64,000 bases of DNA from Candidatus Kapaibacterium sp. (GCA_963664875.1 OY761611.1:1568001-1632000); one strand, 5' to 3'; numbered from the stretch's first letter, positions 47,901 through 57,373 are shown. The notes: a model not told the origin generated them from the sequence alone. A program made the numbers and translations.

Positions 47901-48431
47901 TCTTACACCTGCAGTTTTAAGTTCTTCTTCAGTATAATAAAACTGGATTTGATGAGCTGTTCCTTTTTCTAAGATTAGACTTTCGCTACCATCGCCAACG
48001 GAAAACTCATTTTGAGGATCGATACTATTGATAGTAGTTTCGATTTGGAGTTTTTCTCTTGTATTAAATATTGGTTGAGTAGTGTATGGTATCTCTTGTG
48101 GAGCTGTTCTACCTAATCTGTATCTTTTGGCAGTAACTAAATTCGAATCCATTTCACCGGTATTAAAAAACAAACGGTTATAGGTATCGTAGTCCCATTC
48201 TCCACAATTATACGAATCCTGCTTAGTCTGAGGATCACATTTCAAGGTATAATACATTAGGATTTTTCTATACTGATCAGTATTATCAGGAAATTTCCAA
48301 ATACCTCTTCTTGTTGTAATTGAGTCAAAAGTCAGAGTCTGGACAACATCTTTTTCAGCAGCAGACGCATCCGGGAGCAATAAAGTACCGGCAAAAACTG
48401 CACCGGCAAATAACTTAAGAAACCTCTTCAT
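44994..48431 (-). CDS. Peptide-N-glycosidase F-like protein with an inserted LamG domain and T9SS-type CTD
   Basis: CGEWDY, EIGRFITPYG, ITGHG, CCEW, GGTWPGAREGWCPG; LamG FDGNNDY...WTHIAMV...DDVRVW; C-terminal NGTYYIRI. Confidence 0.85.
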   Translation of the reverse strand: MKRFLKLFAGAVFAGTLLLPDASAAEKDVVQTLTFDSITTRRGIWKFPDNTDQYRKILMYYTLKCDPQTKQDSYNCGEWDYDTYNRLFFNTGEMDSNLVTAKRYRLGRTAPQEIPYTTQPIFNTREKLQIETTINSIDPQNEFSVGDGSESLILEKGTAHQIQFYYTEEELKTAGVRAEAIKLLKLHTGKGKLKNASISIRKYSKESLDELQSSMMILLYEGDIDLANDGWNYVNLQTPFYWTGSTGVVIELKYDSSEEDVMFYGNSNTQVLHRDIRNNKMTFDGNNDYIVTDINEELNAVEEFTYETWIRVDEWKNWAKVMGKEIKTIIELGDANGEIYLQVRNGNNEHGYNNSAVMKGVWTHIAMVFNGKGATNQDKLKLYVNGEESPLNYSTDIPSKTIDIDFPYSVAARYTGEDTFDGDLDDVRVWTKAVDGNTIKDWYNKSLDNSHPYYSNLILNYDMESVNDYVIEDKSDAGNDGTIIGPASVAPYPYSEIIDQEVKLDVRPAAGFVQGDNDITTKGNVETIQEPVKQISIVEYKAENKKFVIDNIMYVYPADIYTYSYDLDGNKKDSTMVVPENTITNENVSYYSEPFEKIDVWEIGRFITPYGINLDLGPDGFTWIYDVTDYAPLLKGEVDMQAGNQQELIDVRFEFIKGTPPRQVKSIKRPWGTQAQYLYGPLSDDSKLSATDVALNPEASQWKMKTRITGHGHNSNTGDYPHCCEWKENTHYLLSNGNQIAAWKIWRDDCALNPVYPQGGTWPGAREGWCPGDLVREDEFELTQYVSNNSLNLDYSITPLPANNQGMANGQYRMAFHVVEYGENSFANDVEIYDVYNPNNWPAFSRMNPICSDPTIVIRNNGSENLTSLKISYNVSGNNNIQTLNWTGNVKPHTKEIISLPVDDASFWIGDEQHKFMVTVAEPNGKQDEYADNDSYETTFELPDFYNKKVIVELKTNARPEHFNYIISDIDGDVLVKRNYNSMKANTYYRDTITVNNACLTLEVNDQAQYGLSYWAYPAQGNGTLAIKSIEGTLLKVFNPDFGAGIHYSFRTGDISYVKEANLQALLQLSPIPAKEEVTLRISEILGNAKMEISDLNGATMLSESISLDGNFEKTLNLNNFANGTYYIRIESEKVSFTKEFIVNK

Positions 48432-48715
48432 AGCACACTTCTATTGATATGAATAAAATTTATTTATTACTCTTAAAATACTAAAAAGAATTGAGAATAG
48501 GAATAGTGAATCCCTATTCAATTCAATTTTTCTAATATTTTTTTATCTGCACCTTAAATATTTTTCAACAAGTATTGTTTTGTATTCCTAAAATCAGTTT
48601 TTATTTATCCATATTCACCTTGCCGGTGTAAAAATGTATAAGTTTCAAGCTATGCAGTATATAAATCTCTAATTATCCCAAAATTCGATTCAATATCCAA
48701 GAAACATAATATTAG

Positions 48716-48743
48716 AAAAGCTCTGCTTTTTAGGGCAGAGCTT
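48716..48743 (-). terminator. Putative terminator after the TonB-dependent receptor
   Basis: AAGCTCTGCTTT-TT-AGGGCAGAGCTT stem. Confidence 0.65.
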
Positions 48744-48770
48744 CACAATTATTCGTTATCTACTTTGTGC

Positions 48771-50954
48771 TTATAAAGTAGTTTTCAAACCAAAGAATAT
48801 TTTTCTAAGAGCCTGCGGAGCTCTATGCATAACCCAGCCTGATTCTGCATAAGGCGCTGCACCATAATGCTTAGTACCCAAAACATTATCCACCGCAAGA
48901 TTTACTGCAAAATGCTTGCTTATTTGGTAATTAAGATTTAGATAAGTCAAAAATGCACCTTCAAACTCGTATGATTTATCTCCAGCATCTCCGTAAACAG
49001 CATTTTCTTTCAAGGTTTGTACTTTTGAATACCATCTAAGAGAGACTGCTGCAGTAAAGTCACCTAAGCTATAATCAGTTTTTAAGTTTACTTTATGTGG
49101 TGAAACCTTTGCGATAGGATGATCTTTCTCTTCATCTTTACCATCGATAAATGAATATGTAAGATTGAACATTAGATTGCTGTATTTATAGTTAACATCA
49201 ATCTCGAATCCCTGAGTATAAATTTTGCCAAGGTTAGTGTTGATTTCAGCCCAATCCACACTTGGATTCTCACCCAAAACTGTGCGGTATGGATTGTAAT
49301 AATTTTGCCCCTGATTAAATTCTGTACCTACTACTGCAGCACCAATCACATCGGTGAGATTGTTTCTGAAAAGGTCTAATCTGATTGATAGATTATTTGA
49401 GGCATAGTAAGTCGAACTTAGAGATATATTTGTGATTTTTTCCGGTTTGATATCCTCATTTGGTACATGCAGAATAAATGGATTTGCAAAATTTTCCCAT
49501 CTGTAATAATTAGACGGCTGAATATATGCTGTACCTACAAGGGCTTTAAGAGATAAATCTGAAGAAGGTTTATAAACTAAACCTGCACGAGGATTTATTG
49601 TTTCTTCGTATATCGAGTTATAGTCTAATCTACCGCCTAAAGTTAGCGTTAGATTTTTCATCAAATCAATATCGCCTTGAAGGAAAAATCCGGTGTTAGT
49701 GTAATTTCTCTCTCCAAACTTACTGTCAGTTAGTCCAACAAGCCCAAAAACATAACCTGTAGCAGGATCGACCAATCTACTCATATCATCAACAAGGTTA
49801 CCGTCTGTCCGAAACGGTCCGTCATCAAGATTTTTTGTTTTTGGGAAGGAGAGTACATCTTCAAAAGAAACACCTGTGATAATATTGACAGCTTCGCTGA
49901 TTGTCCAGTCCAACTGAACCTCAGCTTTATAATATCTTGAATATCCATATTTGTACGAGGCAGCTGTTTTGCTTAGCTCAGTATCTTGAAAAAGAAGGAA
50001 GTTAGATGCAGGATTGATTTCATAATCACCGGCAGAAACAGTAGCACTAAGCAGGATGTCCTCATTTAGACTTTTATCATAATTAATATAAGCATGACGC
50101 AAATCCTGTCCCCAAAGATAAGAATCGCTATAAGCATAATTGCTTGGGATCGTCGCAGGGGCATTTGTTTCCATTGTATGTTGCCAATCAAATCCTATGG
50201 TAAAATCTTGATGCTTTACTTTGCTAAACAGGTTGAAGTTTTGAATAGGATACTCTGTAGTTAGCGATTCGTCTTTATATTTGTTTACTACATCATAATC
50301 TTCATAGTCTTCGTGTAGTTTGTAATCCTGTCCGTTATAGGCACGCAGACCAACGATAACGTCAGTTTCATCATTGACTTTTCCACCATAAAGCAAATCC
50401 GCAATGAGGGCTTCTGTGCTTGCATAAGTAACGCTGGCTTCCACTCCGTTTACGTCAGCACCGTCTTTGGTAATTAGATTGATAACACCCGAATAGGCAT
50501 CAGCTCCATAAAGTGCAGAAGCAGGTCCATAAACGATTTCCACTCTTTTGTAAAAGCTGAGAGGAATGTTATGCCCGTATATAAATCTTTCGCCTGTTGT
50601 TGGATTGTATTTTTTACCATCCTGAAGGATAGCAATTTTTTGGTTGCCCATAATGCCACGCATTAAAACTAAAGAGCGGACTTCTCCCTGATTGTCATAG
50701 GATACATCTACACCGGGTAAAGTCCTAAAGATATCTTTCAAATCTCGATAGCCGTATTTCTTAATTTGGTCTTCCGAAATTGAAATTACTGTGGCAGGTG
50801 CATCTGAAATTTTTTGAGCCTTTTTGCTGGCAGTAACAACTTCAGTGTTTAGTAATTCTTCCAATGACAAATCCATTAAGTCATCAGACTCCTGAGCCAT
50901 TAGGCTTTGAAGAGAAATTGCAAAAATAAAAATGAGTAACAAATACTTTTTCAT
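48771..50954 (-). CDS. TonB-dependent receptor
   Basis: DLSLEELLNTEVVTASK, RVEIVYGPASALYGADAYSGVINLITK plug motif, beta-barrel; start MKKYLL at 50954. Confidence 0.92.
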   Translation of the reverse strand: MKKYLLLIFIFAISLQSLMAQESDDLMDLSLEELLNTEVVTASKKAQKISDAPATVISISEDQIKKYGYRDLKDIFRTLPGVDVSYDNQGEVRSLVLMRGIMGNQKIAILQDGKKYNPTTGERFIYGHNIPLSFYKRVEIVYGPASALYGADAYSGVINLITKDGADVNGVEASVTYASTEALIADLLYGGKVNDETDVIVGLRAYNGQDYKLHEDYEDYDVVNKYKDESLTTEYPIQNFNLFSKVKHQDFTIGFDWQHTMETNAPATIPSNYAYSDSYLWGQDLRHAYINYDKSLNEDILLSATVSAGDYEINPASNFLLFQDTELSKTAASYKYGYSRYYKAEVQLDWTISEAVNIITGVSFEDVLSFPKTKNLDDGPFRTDGNLVDDMSRLVDPATGYVFGLVGLTDSKFGERNYTNTGFFLQGDIDLMKNLTLTLGGRLDYNSIYEETINPRAGLVYKPSSDLSLKALVGTAYIQPSNYYRWENFANPFILHVPNEDIKPEKITNISLSSTYYASNNLSIRLDLFRNNLTDVIGAAVVGTEFNQGQNYYNPYRTVLGENPSVDWAEINTNLGKIYTQGFEIDVNYKYSNLMFNLTYSFIDGKDEEKDHPIAKVSPHKVNLKTDYSLGDFTAAVSLRWYSKVQTLKENAVYGDAGDKSYEFEGAFLTYLNLNYQISKHFAVNLAVDNVLGTKHYGAAPYAESGWVMHRAPQALRKIFFGLKTTL

Positions 50955-51375
50955 ACATACCTCAATACTGTTTAAACGTTGTTTGGCTAAATATACACTA
51001 ATTTTATTAAATTTCAATACGTAGGATGTTAAATCCATAAGTATTTTTGCGTAAGCATTTTCCGCAATATTTTAGTAAACGTATGATATTCAACGATATT
51101 ATGCAGGATTACAACGCATTCGTGAGCGAGATATGAAAACAACAAATAAGTATTTTTGTAGATTGATGTTAATTTTTACACTTAATCAGTTTTATTGAGA
51201 AATATAAGTATTTTATGCAAAAATCGAAATTGAAGAAACCTAAATGCTACAAAAGTACTATACTAAAAGCACTTAGCAGTGATTCTCACTATGATAGCAT
51301 TCTTCCTTAAAGATCAAAAGAAAAGATATAACTTAGGAGTATAAATAGAAGCCGGAAAAAAAGTGTTGCTTGAAA

Positions 51376-51410
51376 AAAGAAAAGCTGCTTAATAAGAATA
51401 GAAAGCAGCT
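51376..51410 (-). terminator. Putative terminator after adk
   Basis: AGCTGCTT...AAGCAGCT with a minus-strand U-rich tail. Confidence 0.5.
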
Positions 51411-51445
51411 AGGTCTTAATTTTTATGGTTTACTTTAGGAAGGGA

Positions 51446-52102
51446 TTACTCAACTTCAGAAAGCACTTCTCTTATGCGGTCGTAAACGTGCTCTAAAGAG
51501 CCTACTCCGTTTATTCTGCGAGCCTGATTCGTTTGTTCATAAAATTCTAAAAGGGGCTCTGTTTGATTTTTATAAACTTCCAGGCGTTGCAACACTGTTC
51601 GTATAGAATCATCATCTCGTTGGAATAATTCTCCGCCACAAGGAGCATCACAAAAGCCTTCATTTTTTGGCGGATTGAATTTCAGATGGTAAACTCTGCC
51701 GCAATCTTTACAGGTACGTCGTGCGGTTAGCCTTTCAACGAGCTCACTTCTCGGCACTTCGAGTACCACTACAACATCGAGTTTTGTATTAAATTCTTCA
51801 AGTAACTCAATTAGTGCTTCAGCTTGGGGAACTGTGCGGGGGAAACCGTCAAATATGCACCCTTTTTCGATATAATCCCCTCTTTGAAGTTCTTCTTTGA
51901 GTATTCCTATCATCAAATCGTCGGGTATCAAATTGCCATGCGAAATATATTTGTCTGCTTCTATTCCTATAGGTGTACCCTCCCTTATGTTTTTTCTGAG
52001 CAGTTCGCCCGTAGAAAGCTGTCTCACACCGTAGTCTTCTACAATATGAGCACACTGCGTTCCTTTACCTGCTCCCGGAGGTCCTAAAAAAATCAAATTC
52101 AT
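51446..52102 (-). CDS. adk: Adenylate kinase (Zn-lid type)
   Basis: GPPGAGKGTQ, STGELLR, DGFPRT, CKDC...CDAPC lid, QRDDD. Confidence 0.97.
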   Translation of the reverse strand: MNLIFLGPPGAGKGTQCAHIVEDYGVRQLSTGELLRKNIREGTPIGIEADKYISHGNLIPDDLMIGILKEELQRGDYIEKGCIFDGFPRTVPQAEALIELLEEFNTKLDVVVVLEVPRSELVERLTARRTCKDCGRVYHLKFNPPKNEGFCDAPCGGELFQRDDDSIRTVLQRLEVYKNQTEPLLEFYEQTNQARRINGVGSLEHVYDRIREVLSEVE

Positions 52103-52498
52103 CTGTATGTCCGTTCTTTTAAGTAGAGAACAATATTAAGGTATTAATCCCAAACAACAGGGAAAAAATATTAATATTTATAATATGTAATAGATGTTTT
52201 ACTAAGTATCCAAGAACTTTGCTGCTAACTGCCTCGTTTAATAAAAGTCTTAATCACCGTATAAACTATGTTAAAGTCTAAATCAAACAAAGCTACGCGT
52301 TTAGCTCTTGAAAAAAAGTATAAATATATGATAAAAATATCAAATATCCATAAGCAATTTTTGCACTTACAAAGAAAGCAGTTCAAAATTACTACTAAAG
52401 TCAAGTATATTAGTCGATTTTAGCATGAAATTATTTGAAATTTTGGTTAATTTCATCTCGTTTATAGAAACTATAAAGTACTTAGCTTTGGATTCTGA

Positions 52499-54622
52499 TT
52501 AGCCTATATTCAACTGCGCCTGGATTTCTATTTCGGTGTCAGCAGGGAGCTCTGTATAGCTTATTACACTCACCATAGGGAATGGAGTGCGTACCATTCG
52601 ATACAAATATGGTCTTACCTGAGCAGAGCAAATCACCACAGGAAGATACCCTGCCATAGTAATCTCATCTATCGAATCAGACATAGCTTTCTGGATATCC
52701 TGTACATAATTTGGAGGAAGTCCCAATGTAATCGAAGTGCTTGCCTGATTGTCTGACTGCAGAGCTCTTGTCATTTGGTCTTCTATCTGCGGACTAACTG
52801 CAATGGCATGAATCACTCCATTTTGGTCCTGATAGAGTTTCTTGATTGTTTCAGACAGATTGTGACGGACATATTCTGTCAGCACATCTACGTTCTGAGT
52901 AACTTTCACATACTCTAAGAGTGATTCAATAATAATTGGTAAATCTCTTACAGGAATGTTTTCCATCAATAAGTTTTGGAGGACTTTCTGAAGGATAGAT
53001 ATAGGAAGTCTATCCGGTGTAGCTTCTTCTATAAGAGCCGGGTAGTCTGATTTCAAGTTATCAACGAGATGTTTCGTATCCTGTCTTGTAAGCAATTTAT
53101 GAGAATTTCTTCGTAATAGTTCTGTCAAGTGCGTAGTTAGTACAGTAGCAGCTTCGACAACTGTATATCCATATACTTCTGCATCTTCTCTGTCTGCATG
53201 TCCTATCCATGTAGCCGGCAAGCCAAATACCGGTTCGGTAACCTGAATGCCTTTCAAATCACCATCCGCAGTACCCGGATTCATAGCTAAAAGCATTTGA
53301 GGATGCAAAATGTTTCTGGCAATCTCATTTCCTCTGATTTTGATTACATATTCCTGAGGATCGAGTTGCAGATTGTCTCTAACTCTCACAGGAGGCAAGA
53401 TTATACCAAGCTCAGTAGCAAGCTGTCTTCTGACATTAGTAATACGTTTAAACACATCTCCCCCTTGGCTTTCATCAACCAGAGAGATTAGACTGTAGCC
53501 AAGTTCTATCTCGACCGGATCAACTCTAAGAAGCTCTTCCACAGGGGACTCTTCCGGCTTTTTAGATTTTTCTGCAGTGGCTACTTCCAAAGCAAGCTGA
53601 GTTTCTTCTTCTTTTTGTATTTGCTTTGTTCTGTAATAAGCAGCGTAACCTATAATAGCTGCAAGCAACCAGAAAGGAATACTTGGGAAACCGGGTAGAA
53701 ATGAAACTACCATCAGAGCAAAAGAGGCTAATGCCATTGGTTTTGGCTTTCCGGCAAACTGTCTGCCCATCTCCACGTCTATGTTGTCAGAAGATGCAGA
53801 ACGTGTAACAACCAAGCCGGCTGCAATAGAAATCAATAAAGAAGGAATCTGCGAAACTAAACCATCACCAATTGTAAGTATAGTATATGTTGCAGCAGCA
53901 TCTGCCAGCTCCATATCGAGTTGCATAATACCAATAATAAAACCACCAATAATGTTTATCGCGGCTATGATAAGACCAGCTATGGCATCACCTTTGATAA
54001 ATTTGGCAGCACCATCCATCGAACCAAAAAAGTCTGACTCAGCAGTCAGCTCTGAGCGACGTTTTCGGGCAGTTTGTTCATCTATAAATCCGGCATTCAA
54101 ATCAGCATCTATACTCATCTGTTTGCCCGGCAATGCATCTAATGTAAATCGGGCAGTTACTTCTGCAATACGGGTGGAACCTTTGATAACTACAACAAAG
54201 TTGATAATTAACAGGATAAGAAATATAATTACACCAACTACATAGTTGCCCTTGATAACAAACTCTCCAAAGGCATGAATAATATCTCCGGCGTTTGCCT
54301 CGCCAAGAATCAAACGGGTAGAGGCAACATTCAAGCCGAGCCTGAATATAGTAGATATTAGCAATACAGTTGGAAAAGATGAAAATTCTAATGGAGATTT
54401 GAGATAAACCGCGACAAGCAATATAAGCACAGAGAAGGCTATATTAACTGCCAGAAAAAGATCCAGCATCATTGCAGGCAGCGGAATAATGAGCAATGAC
54501 AAAATAAGAAGTACACCCATAGCCACTGCCAAATCTGGGTTTTTGGTCAAATATGGCAATATATTCTTTAAATCCGGCAAAATACCGGGCTGGAATGCAC
54601 TTGCTTGTTTATTTTTAGCCAT
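52499..54622 (-). CDS. flhA: Flagellar export apparatus protein FlhA
   Basis: RLGLNVASTRLIL, RIAEVTARFTLDALPGKQMSIDADLNAG, GSMDGAAKF, EPVFGLPATWI. Confidence 0.93.
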   Translation of the reverse strand: MAKNKQASAFQPGILPDLKNILPYLTKNPDLAVAMGVLLILSLLIIPLPAMMLDLFLAVNIAFSVLILLVAVYLKSPLEFSSFPTVLLISTIFRLGLNVASTRLILGEANAGDIIHAFGEFVIKGNYVVGVIIFLILLIINFVVVIKGSTRIAEVTARFTLDALPGKQMSIDADLNAGFIDEQTARKRRSELTAESDFFGSMDGAAKFIKGDAIAGLIIAAINIIGGFIIGIMQLDMELADAAATYTILTIGDGLVSQIPSLLISIAAGLVVTRSASSDNIDVEMGRQFAGKPKPMALASFALMVVSFLPGFPSIPFWLLAAIIGYAAYYRTKQIQKEEETQLALEVATAEKSKKPEESPVEELLRVDPVEIELGYSLISLVDESQGGDVFKRITNVRRQLATELGIILPPVRVRDNLQLDPQEYVIKIRGNEIARNILHPQMLLAMNPGTADGDLKGIQVTEPVFGLPATWIGHADREDAEVYGYTVVEAATVLTTHLTELLRRNSHKLLTRQDTKHLVDNLKSDYPALIEEATPDRLPISILQKVLQNLLMENIPVRDLPIIIESLLEYVKVTQNVDVLTEYVRHNLSETIKKLYQDQNGVIHAIAVSPQIEDQMTRALQSDNQASTSITLGLPPNYVQDIQKAMSDSIDEITMAGYLPVVICSAQVRPYLYRMVRTPFPMVSVISYTELPADTEIEIQAQLNIG

Positions 54623-54676
54623 TTTATATATTATATAAGGTATTTTTCAAGTAAATATCGAGTTTTCAGATACATT

Positions 54677-54693
54677 TGCAATTATTTTGCCAA
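54677..54693 (-). promoter_or_regulatory. Sigma54 (-24/-12) promoter candidate for flhA
   Basis: Minus strand TTGGCAAAATAATTGCA (GG-N10-GC), about 55 nt upstream of the ATG. Confidence 0.65.
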
Positions 54694-54873
54694 TTATCCT
54701 ATTTTGCTCGACATATAGGAAAATACTTCCCAAGCTACCAGCAAAAACACCTTATATTATATAACAAATTCTTACGAAGTTAATCCCTATTTATCCCTAC
54801 CTCCTGCCCTTCTGATCTCTTACTTTTATACTGAAAGTAATAAGACAGGAGTAGTATAGGATTCCGGTAGCTT

Positions 54874-55974
54874 CTATCTGCTCATTCCTCGAGCATCTAT
54901 TTTTATTTCACTAACTGACTCTTCTTCAAGCAGCAAATATCTGTCAAACAAATTGACTACAGCACAAGCATGATTAGGTATAATCAGTAGCTTTTCGCCA
55001 ACATTAAACTCTTCTTCAGGATTGTCTATGATACCGTGTTCCTCTGATACTCGAGAAATAACAGAATCTCTATCTAGTATTTTTCCATATCCTTCAAGCA
55101 TATTAGTTCCGTGAGCTCCTTTATCTAAACCAAGAGCTTTTGAACCTGCATCAATCACAACTCGGTCTTTATGAACACCAATAACAGTAGCAACAACATA
55201 AAGAGCTACTTCATCTTCTGTGCATGAGCCCAAAGCAATCTGCATATTATCATTAAAAATATAGTTGCCCGGTCGAAGTTCTGTCAGATGTTCAGTTTTC
55301 TTGATATGCTTCAGTTCGGGAGTAGAACCAATACCAGCAGATGGGCATTTGAATCCTTCTTCTTTGAGAGATTTGACAAAATGGCTCATCAACCGGATAG
55401 ATTCTTTGCTTATTTCAGAAATTTCTTCGGGAGACTGTGCGGAATAAACACTACCTGCATGAGTATAAATTCCGGCAAAATTGAGGTTGTCTTTTTCGAG
55501 TATAGCATTTGCAAGAAGCAAAAGCTGATCTTTTGTAGAAACACCGTTTCTATTAAGTCCGTAGTTTACTTCAATCTGGACATTAAAATAAATATCGTTT
55601 GCACGAGCTACATTGTCAGCTTCTTCAATATGTTCCAAACAGTCCACTCCAAAAGTCAAGTGATCCACCATATTGTGGATTTCTACAAGTCTATTGTATT
55701 TATGCTCTCCGGTTAGCACGTTGACTATCTGAATATCTTTAATACCTGCATCAGCAAGGCACAAAGCCTCTTCAGTTTTGGCACAAGCCATGCCGATAGC
55801 CCCCTTACTGAGTTGTAGCTTAGCTAATTCGATAGATTTATGAGTCTTAAAGTGAGGTCTGAGATTGAGTATCTTATTAGTTGCCAATTTTTGTACAAAA
55901 TCTAAATTTTCATGCATTTTTACCGAATCTATAAGAAGAGCCGGCGTATCGATAGTTTGTAGAGAAAAATTCAT
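54874..55974 (-). CDS. Alanine-racemase-fold PLP enzyme (D-threonine aldolase / DSD1 family)
   Basis: TPALLID, LRPHFKTHK, GSTP, ELRPGNYIFND, DAGSKAL, SEEHG, PNHACAVVNL. Confidence 0.9.
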   Translation of the reverse strand: MNFSLQTIDTPALLIDSVKMHENLDFVQKLATNKILNLRPHFKTHKSIELAKLQLSKGAIGMACAKTEEALCLADAGIKDIQIVNVLTGEHKYNRLVEIHNMVDHLTFGVDCLEHIEEADNVARANDIYFNVQIEVNYGLNRNGVSTKDQLLLLANAILEKDNLNFAGIYTHAGSVYSAQSPEEISEISKESIRLMSHFVKSLKEEGFKCPSAGIGSTPELKHIKKTEHLTELRPGNYIFNDNMQIALGSCTEDEVALYVVATVIGVHKDRVVIDAGSKALGLDKGAHGTNMLEGYGKILDRDSVISRVSEEHGIIDNPEEEFNVGEKLLIIPNHACAVVNLFDRYLLLEEESVSEIKIDARGMSR

Positions 55975-55989
55975 ACTAAAATCTCCATT

Positions 55990-56006
55990 TTGGCTTCAAA
56001 ATTGCT
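55990..56006 (+). promoter_or_regulatory. Sigma54 promoter candidate for the TPR lipoprotein
   Basis: TTGGCTTCAAAATTGCT (GG-N10-GC), about 45 nt upstream of ATG 56052. Confidence 0.5.
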
Positions 56007-56051
56007 TGCTTTGTATCTTAGCGATACGAGTTATTTAATACGGGTACACCA

Positions 56052-56660
56052 ATGAAAGCAATATATATATTTTCCGTCATTTTGATGTTTGGCTTTTTTG
56101 CCTCATGCTCCCCTGTGCGATCAAGGTACTATCACGACAATAATTCGAGAAATAACGAGCAAACACAAGATAAAGAATTAGAAGCAAACGAAGAAGAAAT
56201 CATTTCGGAAAATGATTTCATAGATGCACGTTTCGCTGACACAGCAGTTGTAATAATGCCGATAGCTCAAAACGGCACGACAAATCGTGCATTAGGAGAT
56301 ATATTTAGTGAAGCTGTCAGAGATTTTGACGGGGAAAATTATAAATCAGCCTGCAGCAAGTTCGAAGCATTTTCCGGTACTCTACGCAAAAATGATTCGC
56401 TATATTTTGAAACTATGTTCTACAAAAGTGAATGTAATATCCTGAACAACGAATTTGATTCAGCTCTTTCCATATTGTCCACTCTTTTGGAAGATAAAAA
56501 TTTACCATCTCAGATTTACGAAAAAACACTTGTCAGACTCGGACAGGTTTACTGCGTTACTGACTCCAAAGCAAAAGCAGAGGAAATGTTCGGAAGACTC
56601 AAAAAGGAATTCCCAAATTCAATTTATCTTAAATTAGCTGACTGTAGCGTTGTAGAATAG
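56052..56660 (+). CDS. TPR lipoprotein (CpoB/YbgF-like C-terminal repeats)
   Basis: Lipobox FASC; LVRLGQVY...LKKEFPNSIY TPR pattern. Confidence 0.75.
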   Translation: MKAIYIFSVILMFGFFASCSPVRSRYYHDNNSRNNEQTQDKELEANEEEIISENDFIDARFADTAVVIMPIAQNGTTNRALGDIFSEAVRDFDGENYKSACSKFEAFSGTLRKNDSLYFETMFYKSECNILNNEFDSALSILSTLLEDKNLPSQIYEKTLVRLGQVYCVTDSKAKAEEMFGRLKKEFPNSIYLKLADCSVVE

Positions 56661-56770
56661 ATAAACTCCATCAAGTATATATATTTGCCCTAAATCTATC
56701 GTAAAGGAAGCTACCTATAATTTATTATTAGGTATTTTTTGCTATGGATAAAAACTTTCTCTTGGAAATT

Positions 56771-56814
56771 TTAACACCGTTAATTATATTGCTACTGTTA
56801 GTATTTTTAACAGT
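56771..56814. promoter_or_regulatory. Candidate TetR autoregulatory operator(s)
   Basis: TTAAC-ACC-GTTAA (56771-56783) and ACTGTTA-N7-TAACAGT (56794-56814) palindromes just upstream of the TetR start. Confidence 0.45.
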
Positions 56815-56830
56815 TGAAAAGAGTTTAAAG

Positions 56831-57373
56831 ATGGTTAATCAACTCAAGCAGGAAAATATACGAGGTATATTTATCCAGGCAGCAAAGAACACTCTAAAGA
56901 GTGAAGGCATTAAGGCGCTTAGTGCAAGAGAAATTGGCAAAGCAACGGGCTTCTCTTATGCTACAATTTATAATTATTTTAAGGATATGAACGAGCTATG
57001 CGAAGTTTGTATGTTAGAGTTTTTAGAAGAATGTAAAGAGCATGTACTCTCTTCTGCAAAATCAAAGAGCATAAAAGATATGCTAAAGGCTTATGCAATG
57101 TTTTTTGTACAGTATCCGGGCTTATACGCTCTGATTTTTACAGATGGGAATTATGTTGGTCGATTTTACAAGCAGTTCTCAGAAAAAACTGAAGATATGT
57201 ACAAAGCAGTTTTTGATGCAAGCGAAGTAGAAACAGACAATCAGAAAGTGCCGGTACTTGCATTTAATGCAATTAACGGTTTGCTTCTCGCATATATAAA
57301 TCGTAATACTCCAAGTGACTTTGCAGAATTTATGCAGATGTTAGACGCCCAGATAGAATTATTATCTATTTAA
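56831..57373 (+). CDS. TetR/AcrR family transcriptional regulator
   Basis: LSAREIGKATGFSYATIYNYF HTH; likely start MVNQLK at 56831. Confidence 0.9.
   Translation: MVNQLKQENIRGIFIQAAKNTLKSEGIKALSAREIGKATGFSYATIYNYFKDMNELCEVCMLEFLEECKEHVLSSAKSKSIKDMLKAYAMFFVQYPGLYALIFTDGNYVGRFYKQFSEKTEDMYKAVFDASEVETDNQKVPVLAFNAINGLLLAYINRNTPSDFAEFMQMLDAQIELLSI

Noticed and set aside
50955-51440. Cobalamin or TPP riboswitch upstream of the TonB receptor
   Set aside because: No B12 box or TPP core motif visible on the minus strand.
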